A DNA stretch of 64,000 bases from assembly GCA_050084985.1 (NCBI GenBank), contig JBITNC010000001.1, forward strand, positions 197,222,001 to 197,286,000, read 5' to 3'. The stretch is from Nageia nagi. Lineage: Eukaryota; Plantae; Pinophyta. Below, one piece after another: positions 37,200 to 49,918 of the stretch (position 1 is the stretch's first letter; each line of letters starts with the position of its first letter). The notes beneath the pieces were generated by a model. That model was not told the origin of the DNA. It searched no databases and saw only the letters and a list, made by a program, of their open reading frames with translations. The translations under genes and the position numbers were made by a program.

Positions 37200-40100
37200 C
37201 AAATGATACAGAATGATGATCTATACAATACCAAGCCTTAGGGGGAAATCGTTGGCCTCTTAGGAGCCAACTAGGGCACAACAAGAATATCCTCAATCAC
37301 TGAACACAACCACGGAACCAAGGGACAGTAATGCTCCCTCAGAACTCGAATCCTCTCCACCGAAGGAGCCCTCCTTGAACCTTGGATAACCACCGAAGGT
37401 AGAAGCAAAAACTCAGAATTCCACCGGATGGGTGAAGGTGCTACACCAATGCCGTAGACAGATAGGATCCCTTAGCTTGAATGCCCTCTAGATGCTGCGC
37501 CTAGGAAAGGTTGCTTAGCACCGCTAAGACTTGTTGTCTGATGGACTGTAGAAGAAGTAATAATAATCAATGTCTGTCCAGTAATGAAGCTCCAGTGTCT
37601 ATTTATACATTACTCTATTCGGATATCACCTAGGAGTCATCCCAAGCTCATCTAATTCAACGTTGGCCTCCTAGGGGCTCGGGACACCTAACGGGGGTGC
37701 CTAAGGGTTAGGCATGCCAACATAGGGGGCCAAGGTGCATTAAGTGCCAAAGTCAAGTCCTAGATGTGCCATGCATGCCCACGTGGGCCAGTAAGTCATG
37801 TGTGGAGGTCTTGAGCCACGATGGGGTGTGCGGGTCCTCCCCAAGCCTGGCGCAAGCATACAAGTGGCCGCTTGTTACTTTAATACACAAATAGACCTTG
37901 AGATGCTCACAATCATTATCATGATCTTCAAGTACATAATAAATGCCTAATCTAACCTTAGGAGGGAGACGTCCCACTTGGGGCTCATAGTGGGGCCATT
38001 TATCCATTTAGTCTCCTATCCTAAGTTACAATAATGTAAATACAAGTACATGAATAAAGTATATTACAAAGGTGACCATTCCGGTCCCACTAACTGAACA
38101 AGGGGGATGCCACAAAGCCTCCCCTCTCGAATTGCTTTCCCTCAAGCAATGGTAGGAAAATGCAACACATAGTCTTCCAAGAATCCTTTGGTACTGGAAA
38201 CTGAAACTCATGGTGGTGGAATGCAACTTCAATATGCACCATCATAGTTGAAACTTCATGCCTTTGTGCCAACACAAGCTGCAAACACTTTGGTTTGCTA
38301 TCACTCCTCAACAACTGGTCAATGAGTCTCTTCCATAGCCATGAGAATGCATGTCTAGGCAAGATTGTACCTGCAACAACCTTGAGAAGATTATGTGGGG
38401 TCCACTCTCTCCATGGTCAATGTGAATCAAGAAACTTTCTCATCCTCCAATGTAGGATATCCCCATGCCAGCTGAATCCTCACTGTGGAATTAGACCTCC
38501 CTAGGTCCAACATGACATCCTCTAGCTCTTGAATGCTTCGTGAGGGGAATGTTGCCTCCCTCATGCCCAACGTTGGGTAGCCATCACCATGGCCCCTCAA
38601 TACAACAATCCCAAACTCCTCAAGATCAAATGTGGGTTGCATAGGCTCCCAATAAACTGATGTGTTGTGTCTAGTTGTCCAAAGGCCCAACATGGGAAGA
38701 CAATCCTCCCAAATGCTCAACGTGGAGTGGCATATCCCCCAGATGCTCAATGTGGGGTAGCAATTCCCCCAAATGCTCAATGTTGGGTATCCTGCTCCCT
38801 CAAGACCCAACGTAGCTCTTCCTGGCTCCCTAAACTACAACGTGGCCTCATTTGCTATTTCCTCCTTCATGTGGCTCCACTCAATCACCTCCAACCTTTT
38901 GTTGTCCACCTGTGGACAATCATCTCTGATCCCCTGCAAAGTGTGAGTCTTCCCATCTATTTCGAAACTCATTGTGAGTTTTTGATAGTTGGTGTGGATA
39001 TATCCTAAATCGAACAACCATTGTACTCCCAAAATGATTTGAGGATGTCCCTTAAGGGGATAGATGTAGAAGTCCTCTCTCATCGTACAACTCTGCAGTC
39101 TCACGCCAAACCTCTCAACAATGTGATCCACCAGTGTGAGTTTCCCATTAGCATTGGAAACTCGAAATCCCTCAAACCCCTTGGTCTTCAAATTCTTCTT
39201 CTCAACAAAGCCAACATCAATGAAGTTGTGAGACGCTCCGGGGCAATCAACACCATCACATCTTGCCCTCCTGCTTATCCCACAATCTTCAGTGTGAGGT
39301 ACTTCTTCACCCCATGTAGTGAAGCAATCATGCTCCCCAACGTGCCTTCCCCCGTGGTGATCCTTGCTCCAAGGTGTCCATCCGTAACTCCAAATCTGAG
39401 TCATTCGACTCTTCCTCTAAAAACACCTTGATATAATGCACTTGTCCTTTCCCTTGACAACGGTTCCCTGGCTCCCAAGTCTTCTTGCGATAGAAGCACT
39501 TGCCCTCTTCTCTCAGCTTCCTTTGTGTGGCTGCATCCAACTGAGCTGTCCTAGGTGGAGGAAAGGGTTTGGCCTTGCTAGGCCCTTTAACAAACGACTT
39601 TCGGTTGGTTGGCCCCTTGTGCGCCTGTTCTCCCTTAAGGGATTTCACGGTGGGCTCCAAATCATAAGCTGCTCGAATAGCATCATCAAGGTTCCTCGAA
39701 GAGGACACCTTGACCATCCCTCGCAATGGCTCCATCAAGGCCTCTATGAAGAGAAATGCCAGTCTCTCCTCAAGAATGTGGTGGATCATGACGACAATCT
39801 GCCGGAACTCCATCACATATTCATCAACTGTACCCTGCTACCTTAATGATGTCAGATCTCGAAAGTAGTCATTCTCCTTCGGGTCGAACCTCTTGACCAA
39901 CCGTTGGGCAAACTTATCGAAGGAAGTGATGAGTGAGTAACCCTGGCTGATCACTCAATGTTACCATCACTCTAGGGCATCACCCTCAAAATGCAAAGAT
40001 GCGAAATGTATCGCATCCTCCTCTACTATGCTGGGACTTAGGGTGAAATAAGTTTGCAACTAATGCAACCATGCCCTAGTCGTCATCTTCTTGCCATCAT

Positions 40101-42286
40101 AAATGGGTACCTGCATCTTATTGATCACAGGCTTGTGGAATGGCATGGGCCATGTGAGCTACTCCCTTTTAACCCCAAGAGCTCAAGATAGCCGTTGAAG
40201 TTGACATTTCTCCTTAGCCTTGTATCCAACATCGAGTACGCTCTGAAAATCTGGTTCAACTCCAATGGACTAGGAACCCTGCTCTTCGCGGCTTCTCTAG
40301 TCTTTTGTGCAAACATGGGCTTGGATAGATTCGGAATAATCGGCTGCTCATCTACCCTACCAAAGTCCTCTAGGTATCTCCCTAGGAGAGGGTTCGTATT
40401 GTGGGGTGCTCTACGTGAGTGATCTCAAGAAAGTGGTCTTTGGCTGTCCCATCGACCCATGGTGGGTAGATTCTCGATCCCTCAAACTTCGAGATCTCCT
40501 CATGCTAGGCTCCTAATCTACCTTGTCCTCCTCAAACCACTCCTCTCTGTCATCCTTGGCCAGACGTGGGGCCTCTCTGTCACCCTTGGTGTGACATGGG
40601 GTCTCCCTCTCATCTTGAGTGCGATGTGGTGCCTCCCGATCCTCCTTGGCATGACATGGGGGGACATGGTATCTCTCTAGCTCATTGTCCTCTCTCGACT
40701 GCCTGGTCATCTGTCGCTGCATAGAAGTCATCATTCTGGTCATATTATGAATGGCCAAAATGAGCTCATCAAACTTCCGTTTGGGAGTGAATCCCCGAAT
40801 TGGAGTAGAGCTCCTCCTCTTGGCGCCTCTCTATCTATCTCCCTATGCTTCCCCGTCATCACTGAATGCTCTCTCTTCTGGCAGATGTCCATGGCCGTCT
40901 ATCCTCCTCATGTATGAATCTCTCAAACGCCTCCTTTGGATGTGATCTTCCGCTCTTCCTAGCGGATGCTATTTCTCTTCATATGCTGGACCTGGTGTAG
41001 TGGCGGTGGATCCTGGGTTTCATACACAGGCTAGCCAGATCTAGGCTTTGATACCACTATAATGATCCAAATGGGATCTCAAGGCAAAATCAGCAAATTT
41101 GATTACAATAGCCCAGATGTCAAGCCTAGGACATGAAATCTCAAGCATACAAACCCTCAAATGCCAACGTTAGGGTTAGAACATTCAATACACATCAAAA
41201 CAATGGAACTATGCCAACATCTAGTTCAGACAATCATATAGCAATGAATACCAACTCACAATGCCAACGTCTGGCTCATACATGTACAATTAAGCAAAGA
41301 CAATCCAATACATGCACAAATATGGAATAGACAATACAGTAGTGCGATCCAATGCCCTTTGGCTATGCAAATGATATAGAATGATGATGTATACAATACC
41401 AAGCCCTAGGGGGCAGTTGTTGGCCTCTCAGGAGCCAATATAGGGCACAACAAGAATATTCTCAATCACTGAACACAACCATGGAACCACGGGACAGTAA
41501 TGCTCCCTCAGAACTTGAATCCTCTCCACTGAAGGAGCCCTCCTCGAACCCTGGATAACCACCGAAGGTAGAAGCAAAACCTTAGAATTCCATCAGATGG
41601 GTAAAGGTGCTACACCAATGCCGTAGATAGATAGGATCCCTTAGCCTGAATGCCCTTTAGATGCTGCGCCTAGGAAAGGTTGCTTAGCACTAGTAAGACT
41701 TGTTGTCCGATGAACTGTAGAAGAAGTAATAATAATCAATGTCTGTCCAGTAATGAAGCTCCGATGTCTATTTATACATTACTCTATCCGGATCTCACCT
41801 AAGAGTCATCCCAAGCTCATCTAATCCAACATTGGCCTCATGGGGGCTCGGGACACCTAACAGGGGTGCCTAAGGGTTAAGCATGCCAACGTAGGGGCCC
41901 AAGGCGAATTAAGTGCCAAAGTTAGGTCCTAAATGTGCCACGCCTGCCCACATGGGCCAATAAGTCATGCGTGGAGGTCTTGAGCCATGGTGGGGTATGT
42001 GGGGTCCTCCCCAAGCCTGGCGCAAGCATACAAGTGGCTGTTTATTACTTTAATACACAAATAGACCTTGGGATGCTCACAATCATTATCAAGATCTCCA
42101 AGTCCATAATAAATGCCTAATCTAACCTTTAGGAGGGAGACGTCCCACTTGGGGCTCACAATGGGGCCCATTGACCTATTAAGTCTCCTATCCTAAGTTA
42201 CAATAATGTAAATACAAGTACATGAATAAAATATATTACAAAGGTGACCCTTTCGGTCCCACTAATTGAACAAGGGGGATGTCATA
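37200..42286 (-). mobile_element. Non-autonomous gag-protease LTR element, 3' LTR truncated
   Basis: 5' LTR 41058-42286; PBS (rc TGGTATCAAAGC) at 41045-41056; gag/protease ORFs 39816-38835; PPT GAGAGGGGAGG. The 3' LTR (37200-38114) lacks ~300 bp and is fused to RT of the neighbouring element. Confidence 0.88.
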
Positions 42287-42289
42287 AAC

Positions 42290-43100
42290 TCCCAAAAGGC
42301 AAATTGATGGTATCATTTATATATCATCTTGAATTTTTTAGCAAAGAATTTTCAAGAATTTCATTGACATTTGATTCTTCAATAGTAGCGCAAATATTTT
42401 GCTATAGCTTCTTGAATTCAAGAATATATTTCTGAAGTTTCACATTAGAACTTTGTTGTATTTCACAAAGATCAACCAAGCTGTCTGGTTTCTTGATGTT
42501 ATATCATTTGCTACTTCAACTATGGAGAGACCTAGGAGTGAGTTTGTAAGACCAATTGTAAGCTTCAACTTTAAGACTTTTAGGAAATAATCTAGTTTTT
42601 AGTTTTTCATAACTATTGAACTTCACACTGCATTCTTCTTGAAATAGTAATAGATGTTGCCTTGGATCGCCTTCCTCACTAAACAGTTATAATATTGGAG
42701 ATTTATAATTTCAAGGGAAACGAAAGTTATGAAAATCTATAAAAAGAGGACTTTGGTTGAGATATTTGTAGGAATAATGTTGATCACCTTGAAATTTCAT
42801 AGATTTTATCTCAAGTCTAGCTTGGTCCAATAATTTCCTCAATTATGTTTTTTTTGAATTTGGCCATACCTTAGGAGTGGGCAGATTGTTTTGTGTGGTA
42901 GGATTATTCTAAGTATTTTAAGCTTTAACCAATATGTGTTGTATCAGATTGTGTTGATGATTTTGCAAAAAATGGTGGTATTCTTTATCCATACCACTAG
43001 CTTTGAAAAGTTGCTTGATCAAATTCATAATGTTATAATATGAAGCCATGATGCCCTAGGATTCAACCCAAGGTTTGACAAGCTTTTTGGATCAAGTTGG
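42290..43100 (-). pseudogene. Degenerate retrotransposon gag, related to the gag at 48413
   Basis: Minus-strand reading gives EEGDPRQHLLLFQEEC...RLFPKSLKVEAYNW (cf. EGDPRRHIQGFKDEC...KFFPQSLEGEAREW). Confidence 0.65.
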
Positions 43101-43509
43101 TTTTTGTTTATTAATCTGCCCTGTAAAAGAGAGAGGGATGGAAGATACGAGGCCTCTAGTTTCACCAACCACCCCACTTCTATCATTGAGGGAGAGATAT
43201 TTATTAAGCAGCCCTTTGCATCGGATACATTTGAAAGGCTTGTTATTTCGAGCTAAAAGGGGGTTATTTCGAGAGATAAATCTATTTCATATGGGATTAT
43301 CCTAGAAGGGAAAATACCTCTTATTATATACTGCAAAACCATTCAAATGAGGATTGTTTCACCAACACCTCATATCCCACCTAAAAGAGAAAGATATTTA
43401 TTAAGCTGCCACCCCCCTATAGAATGAAGTGGAAAGTCAAGGGAGATAGATAAGCATATTTATCATGCAACCCCCTCCTATAGAAGATTGAGAGGTGGAT
43501 TCTTATTGA

Positions 43510-43610
43510 CCAGCCCTATAAAGAATGATCAAATCAGACTTTCCTATTGGTGTCCAGTTATTAACCAGCCCTATTAAGAATGATCAAATCAGACTTTCCT
43601 ATTGGTTTCC
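43510..43610. repeat. 55-bp-period tandem duplication (CCAGCCCTAT.AAGAATGATCAAATCAGACTTTCCTATTGGT)
   Basis: Two adjacent copies read directly. Confidence 0.7.
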
Positions 43611-44088
43611 GGGAGATCAGACTTTTCCAATGAGAAGAGGAGATAGGAAGGGCCCCATATTATGCAATTCTTGATAGGATCCCTCACCTTAGTGGAAACA
43701 TATTGTGATCCACATGTTGTGGATATTTCAATTCGAGCCAATGATGATTCTATAACTTCAATTCGATTGATCCTTAGAGAATTAACTTCAACAATTTGAA
43801 AAGGTAGGTTACTATAGCTATGTGAAAGGGAAAATGGAAACGGAAAAACACGAGGCCTAGGTCTGAGTTGTCTACTCTTCCAAGATATTGTAAGATTAAA
43901 CTAATTGGGTGGACCACTATTTCGAAATTGAAGAGAATATATTAAAACAACCATAAATCGTTTTCTTGGAATCAAGAAATCTTCTTGAGTAAATAACCAT
44001 TCCGTTTTACAATTTTGTGGCCAAAATCTTTGATTAGGGTTATGTAATGGAGGAATCAGTCATTCAACACTCCCACTAGGTATGTGTA

Positions 44089-46616
44089 TGTAATGACCCA
44101 AACAGGATCTTTGAAAAATATCAACAATGGCAATTAATTAAGACCAACTAGGGCATCTAATTTACAACTCACAAACCCTAGTATGCCAATGTTGAGCTCC
44201 CACAAGTGCAATACAAACAAATAATGCCAATGATGGGTCTTCCTAGCACATGCACACCCCACAATGCCAACGATGGGCCAAATACAACCACTTACAACAC
44301 AACAATGCTCACAAAGCCAACGTATGGCCTACACATGCACAAATGCACCAAACAATGCCACAACAAGTATACAAAATTGAGATTCAAAGTGCCCAAAGCT
44401 TATATTATCATTAACAATGAGAAACAATACATAAGCAATCCCAAAGGGCTAATGTCAGCCTCCTGGGAGCTGAATTGGGCTAGACGAACTCTTCTGATGA
44501 TACTGGACAGACGTGGGAAAGTAGCGTCTCCTAACAATTTGACTCCTCCCCATTGAAGAGGCCCTCCTCAAATCTTGATAATTACTCGTGTGGTAGAGAC
44601 TCCACCTCAGATCCCACTAGATGGGCAATGGTGCTCCACCAATGCCGTAGATTGCCAAGATCCCTCAGCTTGACAATCCTCTTAGGTGCTCCACCTAAGG
44701 AATACACTCAATGCTCCGCTAAGGTTGTGTGCACTAGACAATGTAGAAGTGTAGAAGTAATAGTAATTAAGTCTGTCGATCAAATGAGCCTCCAAGTCTT
44801 CTTATACTCTTTCACCAGGTCCTGGGTCTCACCTTAGAATCATCACTAGGCTCTAAAGCCCCAACGTTAGCCTCCAGAGAAACTGGGATGCCCAACGTGG
44901 GTGCCTAGGTGTCAGGCATGCCAACGTGGGATTCTTGGGTACCATAAATTCTAGCGTAGGGTCTAGGGGTGCTACGCATGCCCACGTGGGTCTCGGTGTC
45001 ATGCGTGGAAGCCTAGGAGTTTGGGATGACCAACGTGGGGTCTAGAGGATTCCCCAAGGCTGGCGCAAGTATGCTTTCCTCTATCCTGGCTAATTAATGT
45101 ATATAAGCTCTTGGGATTCCCACAATCAAGTCTAGGATCTCCAAGTACATTAATATATCCTATTTTACACTTGGGAGGGATACGTCCCACTAGGGGCTCA
45201 CAGTGAGTTCTAGGGACCAATTAATTCCTATCCCAAGTTATACAAAACATCTACAAGACAACTTTTAAATAAACTCCAAAAGGGATGTTATTAAGACATC
45301 CTTTGTGGATCTTACATTATTTTTATATGATACAAAAGGGATGTTACAAAGCCTCCCTCCTAAGATTGCTTGCCTTCAAGCAATGGTGAAAGACTGTAGT
45401 GGATTGTCTTCCCAAATCTCTTTGGTGTAAAAGTCCCAATTTGAAACTCCTCACCAATGGGCAAAGCAATGTTGTATTCAGAATGAGGTACTCGCAAACA
45501 AGAAAACCAAAGTGAGCAAAAACGGGTGGAGCCCAAGCTCCTTGTGACAGTCCATTCTCCAATCCTCCTCCATGTGGGGTCTCCAACTCCTCTGGCTGAA
45601 ATCAACATGCATGAATCCTTTCTACTCCCCAACATTAGGCACCAAACCACTCCTTGGCTCATCACTATCCAACATCCTCCTCCTAGATACAAAATGAAGT
45701 GATAGAGCTTTTCCAAGCTCCAATCGTCATGCCAAACTCCACCCAAGCTCAACGTGGGGGACACAAGCTCTCCAATGCTCACCATGAGGTGCTCCATCAC
45801 CCCAAGGCCAAACGTGAGATGTCCAAATCTTCCAATGTTCCTTGTGAGGTGTTCCACCTCCTCTAGTTCCAACGTGTGGCACACAACATCTAGGCTCAAT
45901 GTGGGTGGATCCAGCTCCTCCAACTCCAACGTGGGGTACACAACAACCCTAGTGCTCAACATGGGCTGCTCCAATTTCTCTATGCCCAACGTGGGGTGGT
46001 AAACCCCCTCCTCATCCAACATGGGGGTCCTAGCTTCCCCAAACTCAACGTAGGCCATGATGGCCTCTCAAGTTGCAATGTGGGGTCAATAAGCTCCTTC
46101 CATCCTGACATCCACATCTTCAGTCTCTCAGAATGCATCGTGGGACTTGAAGACTCCTCCCACTCCAACGACTTTCTTCTCAGCTTCCTCGAATGCAACA
46201 TGGGGTTCTAGGTCCCCTCCATGTTCATCGTGGTCTTCCCTTCAGCTTCCTCCTTCTCTTAACACCATTCAATCATCTCCAACCTTTGATTATCCACTTG
46301 AGGGTAATCGTCTCTAATTCCTTGCAGTGTGTGAGATTTCCATCAATCTCAAAGCTCATGGTGAGCTTTTGGTAATTCTTATGGATGTCTCCAAGATCGA
46401 ATAGCCATTGTACTCCCAGTATGATATGAGGATGACCCTTGAGAGGGTAAAGGTAGAAATCCTCCCTAATGGTGCAACTTTGCAAAGGAACCCCAAATCT
46501 CTCCATAATATGATCCACAAGGGTGAGTTTCCCGTTGGCATTGGAAACTCAAAATCCTTCGAACACCTTTGTTTTTAGATTCTTCTTCTCTGCAAATCCT
46601 GCATCAATGAAATTGT
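44089..46616 (-). mobile_element. 3' half of a gag-protease family element (protease end, motif array, PPT, LTR 44089-45348)
   Basis: HNFIDAGF...YPLKGHPHIILGVQWL; PTL repeats; LLEGKQS; PPT GGAGGGAGG; LTR with TG..CA ends. Confidence 0.85.
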
Positions 46617-48323
46617 GTGGTAAGGGAGAACTTCTACCTGTATCCACTCATGGGGCACCCGCATGTCATTTTAGGGGTGCAATGGTTGTTCGAGTTGGGA
46701 GACATTCACACCAACTACCAAAACCTTACTATGAGGTTTGAGATGGATGGAGTGAAGTACACACTACAGGGGTTGCGAGAGGAGGACATGCAGAGGACCA
46801 AGAACCGGCTAGAGTTAGTGGAGTTAGGATGGGATGATACCAGGAGGACCTTGTTGAGCTTGGACAGGGCTAGGTAGCCACGTTTGGTGGCCAGGAAGGT
46901 TGGAGTACCATGTTGATCTTGGATAGGGCTAGGACAACCACGTTTGGTAGCCAGGGAGGTTGGAGCCCTACGTTGGGTAGGAGGCCATCCAGGGAAGTCA
47001 CATTGGATGTCCAAGGAGATTGGAACCCCACGTTGGATATGCTGACACCAGAGGGAGCTTCGTTGGGTTTCCAAGGAGGAGGGGATCCCATGTTGAGCAT
47101 GAGGAGATAAGAAGTGCTTATGCGAAGTGTTTGGGAGTTCTGGAACCCCACGTTGGACATGTTGACACCAGAGGGAGCTTCGTTGGGTTTCCAAGGAGGA
47201 GGGGATCCCATGTTGAGCATGAGGAGAGAAGTGCCTATGCAGAGTGCTCGGGAGTTCTGGAACCCCACATTGCAGATTGGGGAATAACTCCTTGATGGGA
47301 TCGATAAGAATCTTGAAAGGGGCCTAGGTCCAACACATTTTGTGCTGACAATAATTTTTTGCGAGACATTGCAAGGACAATTCCTTGTAGGAGAACACTC
47401 AGTTCGGTGGTTGGAGAGATTCATCCACGAACATATCCTGAGGAGTGATGGCTGTGGACACGTCATGAGTTCGCAGGGTAATAGACTAGTGTTAACACAT
47501 AAAAATGAATTTATGTTTTTAAATCAATAAATTAATGAAATATGCTTGGCCTAAATATATGTCTTGAATGTATTAAAGTGATAATGTCAATGTTTGTCTT
47601 GAATATGAATTTTATAATGATTATCTTGAATATTGCATGGATTATCTTGTTTATTGGTGTGTTTATCTTGAATCTTGTGAATTAACCTTATTTATGTGGA
47701 TGCACGCCGACCCATGGGCGGTATTATCTATTATCTATATAAATAAGGGATCTAATAGTAAGTCCACAATAACAAGGATACACATGATCCCGCGTATGGT
47801 CTTGTAAGTGGCTACCCCTTAAGGTATCTCTTGGTACCGCCTATAAGGCTGTGGTTTGTGTGCTTCCTTACGCGAGCTATCCTGACATCTACGATCAATT
47901 CTGATATCATACTGCTATCTGAGACATCTACATTGAAGTTCTGGACTAATCGAGAGGTCAAAACTATCAAACGAAGGCCGTCGGCGCTCCTTTGTGAACG
48001 GAAGAACACCGCTGGCGCTCTTATACCATTGAAACGGACCGCCCGCGGTCCTCTTTTTGCATCCTTGCAGGTCACGACGTTGTGGGAAAGGCAGCTTATC
48101 ATCAGTACATCGCCAATATCTGCGTCTTTCGTTGTCAGGTACGTTCCGTGAGGTAAGTACACAAATTACAGTCTTGGTTGGTACAATTACACTTCTGAAT
48201 TGGTTATGTTGTTTATTGTTATCTAGAATAAATTGCTATCCATAGCTTAAATACAGATAATATTGAGTTTGTAGATATTTGCCTATTTACTTATTTGCAC
48301 GCTCAATTTTATTTGTAAACATT

Positions 48324-48341
48324 TGGTGAACCCGACGTGAA
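48324..48341 (+). promoter_or_regulatory. Primer-binding site complementary to tRNA-Trp
   Basis: TGGTGAACCCGACGTGAA, 2 nt after the LTR. It is the reverse complement of the plant tRNA-Trp 3' end ...TTCACGTCGGGTTCACCA as recalled. Confidence 0.85.
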
Positions 48342-48412
48342 GTGCACATCATTATACTAAAACCCTAAAGGTTTTAGTTAAGACTAACATCTATTTTGTG
48401 AGTGTTTTAGTT

Positions 48413-49630
48413 ATGGAACAGCTTAAGTTATTCTTGCGTAGTCTTTCAAAAAGAGATTTGGATGAATTATTGGTAGAAATCAGACATGATGATCCGGAGG
48501 GATCCGGAGGAATGCAAAATAGCGCTGAGGGTGACAATAGTAATTTTCAGGCTACTATGGAAGGTATGCAGAGGCAGATAGACAGATTGGCAAGGAGATC
48601 AGCTCCGCCTAATGATTCTTTCGAATTCGGTAGTCCTTTATGTGATGAAATTCGTAGGCACATGCCACCATCCGACTACAAAGAGCCAAAATTCAGTAAG
48701 TTCAATGGTGAAGGAGATCCAAGAAGACATATACAAGGATTCAAGGATGAGTGTGAACTCAAAATTGGTACAGACCAAAGATTGCAAGCTAAGTTCTTCC
48801 CCCAGAGCTTGGAAGGAGAGGCTCGAGAATGGTTTTATGCCTTACCTAAAGGGTCCATCACATCATTTGAGGAATTCAGTAATTTGTTTCTGGAGCAGTA
48901 TAAGCATAACATCAAGAAGGAGATTATGCTATCAGATTTATGTGCTATCAAGCAAGACAGTGATGAGCAACTAGACAAATTTGTTGTAAGGTTTAAGAAG
49001 ACATGGCAGCAAGTGAAGACAAGATTAACAGAAAAAGAGGTAAATAACATTTTTAAAGAAGCTGTTATATTGCCCTTACAATCATATGTTATCGATTATA
49101 CACATCTCACATTTTCCGATATGACGTATAAACTGTTAGAGAAAGAAAAAGTCCTTGTGAAGCTAGGGCTTGTAAAGTATGGTAATAGTGATAAGACAAA
49201 AGCAAAGGATAAGAGACCACAATCGCCAAAGAAAGAGAAAACTATCCATGTGGCTGAGAAGACAAGTGAGACTAAGGAGAAGAAATATGTGAGATTTCCC
49301 ATACCTCCAAGACATATCCTAAAAGACCTTGTGGAAAAAGGGTTATTACAACCCTTGCTTAAGCGTGAAGAAGATCTTACAACAGAAAAACCCGCTTGGT
49401 ATAAAGAAGATAGGTATTGTGAATATCATCAGACTAAGGGCCATGCTACTAATGGGTGTGGAAACCTTAGGGATAGAATACAAAAGCTCATAGAAGATGG
49501 ATTCTATGTATGTCCAGTAAAGGTCAAAGATACAGGAGAAGAACAGCATGTCAATATGATCTTTCTTGAAGATGCTTGTGAGGTTAGCACCGGTGGGAGC
49601 TCCAGGCCCTCTGGAGGTATCATTTGGTAG
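48413..49630 (+). CDS. gag: Retrotransposon Gag (open, 405 aa)
   Basis: KFNGEGDPRRHI; FPQSLEGEAREWFYALPKGSITSF; IKQ..E.L..FV.RF; CEYHQTKGHATNGC zinc knuckle variant. No protease or pol follows. Confidence 0.9.
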   Translation: MEQLKLFLRSLSKRDLDELLVEIRHDDPEGSGGMQNSAEGDNSNFQATMEGMQRQIDRLARRSAPPNDSFEFGSPLCDEIRRHMPPSDYKEPKFSKFNGEGDPRRHIQGFKDECELKIGTDQRLQAKFFPQSLEGEAREWFYALPKGSITSFEEFSNLFLEQYKHNIKKEIMLSDLCAIKQDSDEQLDKFVVRFKKTWQQVKTRLTEKEVNNIFKEAVILPLQSYVIDYTHLTFSDMTYKLLEKEKVLVKLGLVKYGNSDKTKAKDKRPQSPKKEKTIHVAEKTSETKEKKYVRFPIPPRHILKDLVEKGLLQPLLKREEDLTTEKPAWYKEDRYCEYHQTKGHATNGCGNLRDRIQKLIEDGFYVCPVKVKDTGEEQHVNMIFLEDACEVSTGGSSRPSGGIIW

Positions 49631-49632
49631 AT

Positions 49633-49637
<5 letters not shown>

Positions 49638-49667
<30 letters not shown>
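49638..49667. repeat. (TA)n microsatellite just after the gag stop
   Basis: Read directly. Confidence 0.9.
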
Positions 49668-49670
<3 letters not shown>

Positions 49671-49918
49671 AGAAGAGAAAAGCTAGCAGTTGGTTCAGGT
49701 CACTAACGGACGTCATGGTCAGGCTTGGAGGGCTTCATGATGTCGTAACAGGAGCGCCGACGTTGTATGTCGTGATAATAGGACCGCCGGCGGTCCTCTT
49801 AGTGGAAAAACATAGGAAAGCAAAAGGTACCAATTACTCCCGTAGCGTGGGAAGTCAGAATTTCAGGTCGTGTCGTTGGTGCTCATTCTCAAGGATCACG
49901 GAACATCAAATTCATGCA

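Noticed and set aside
47812-48162. 116-aa ORF duplicated at 54917-55267
   Set aside because: The duplication simply reflects the two LTRs. No recognisable domain.
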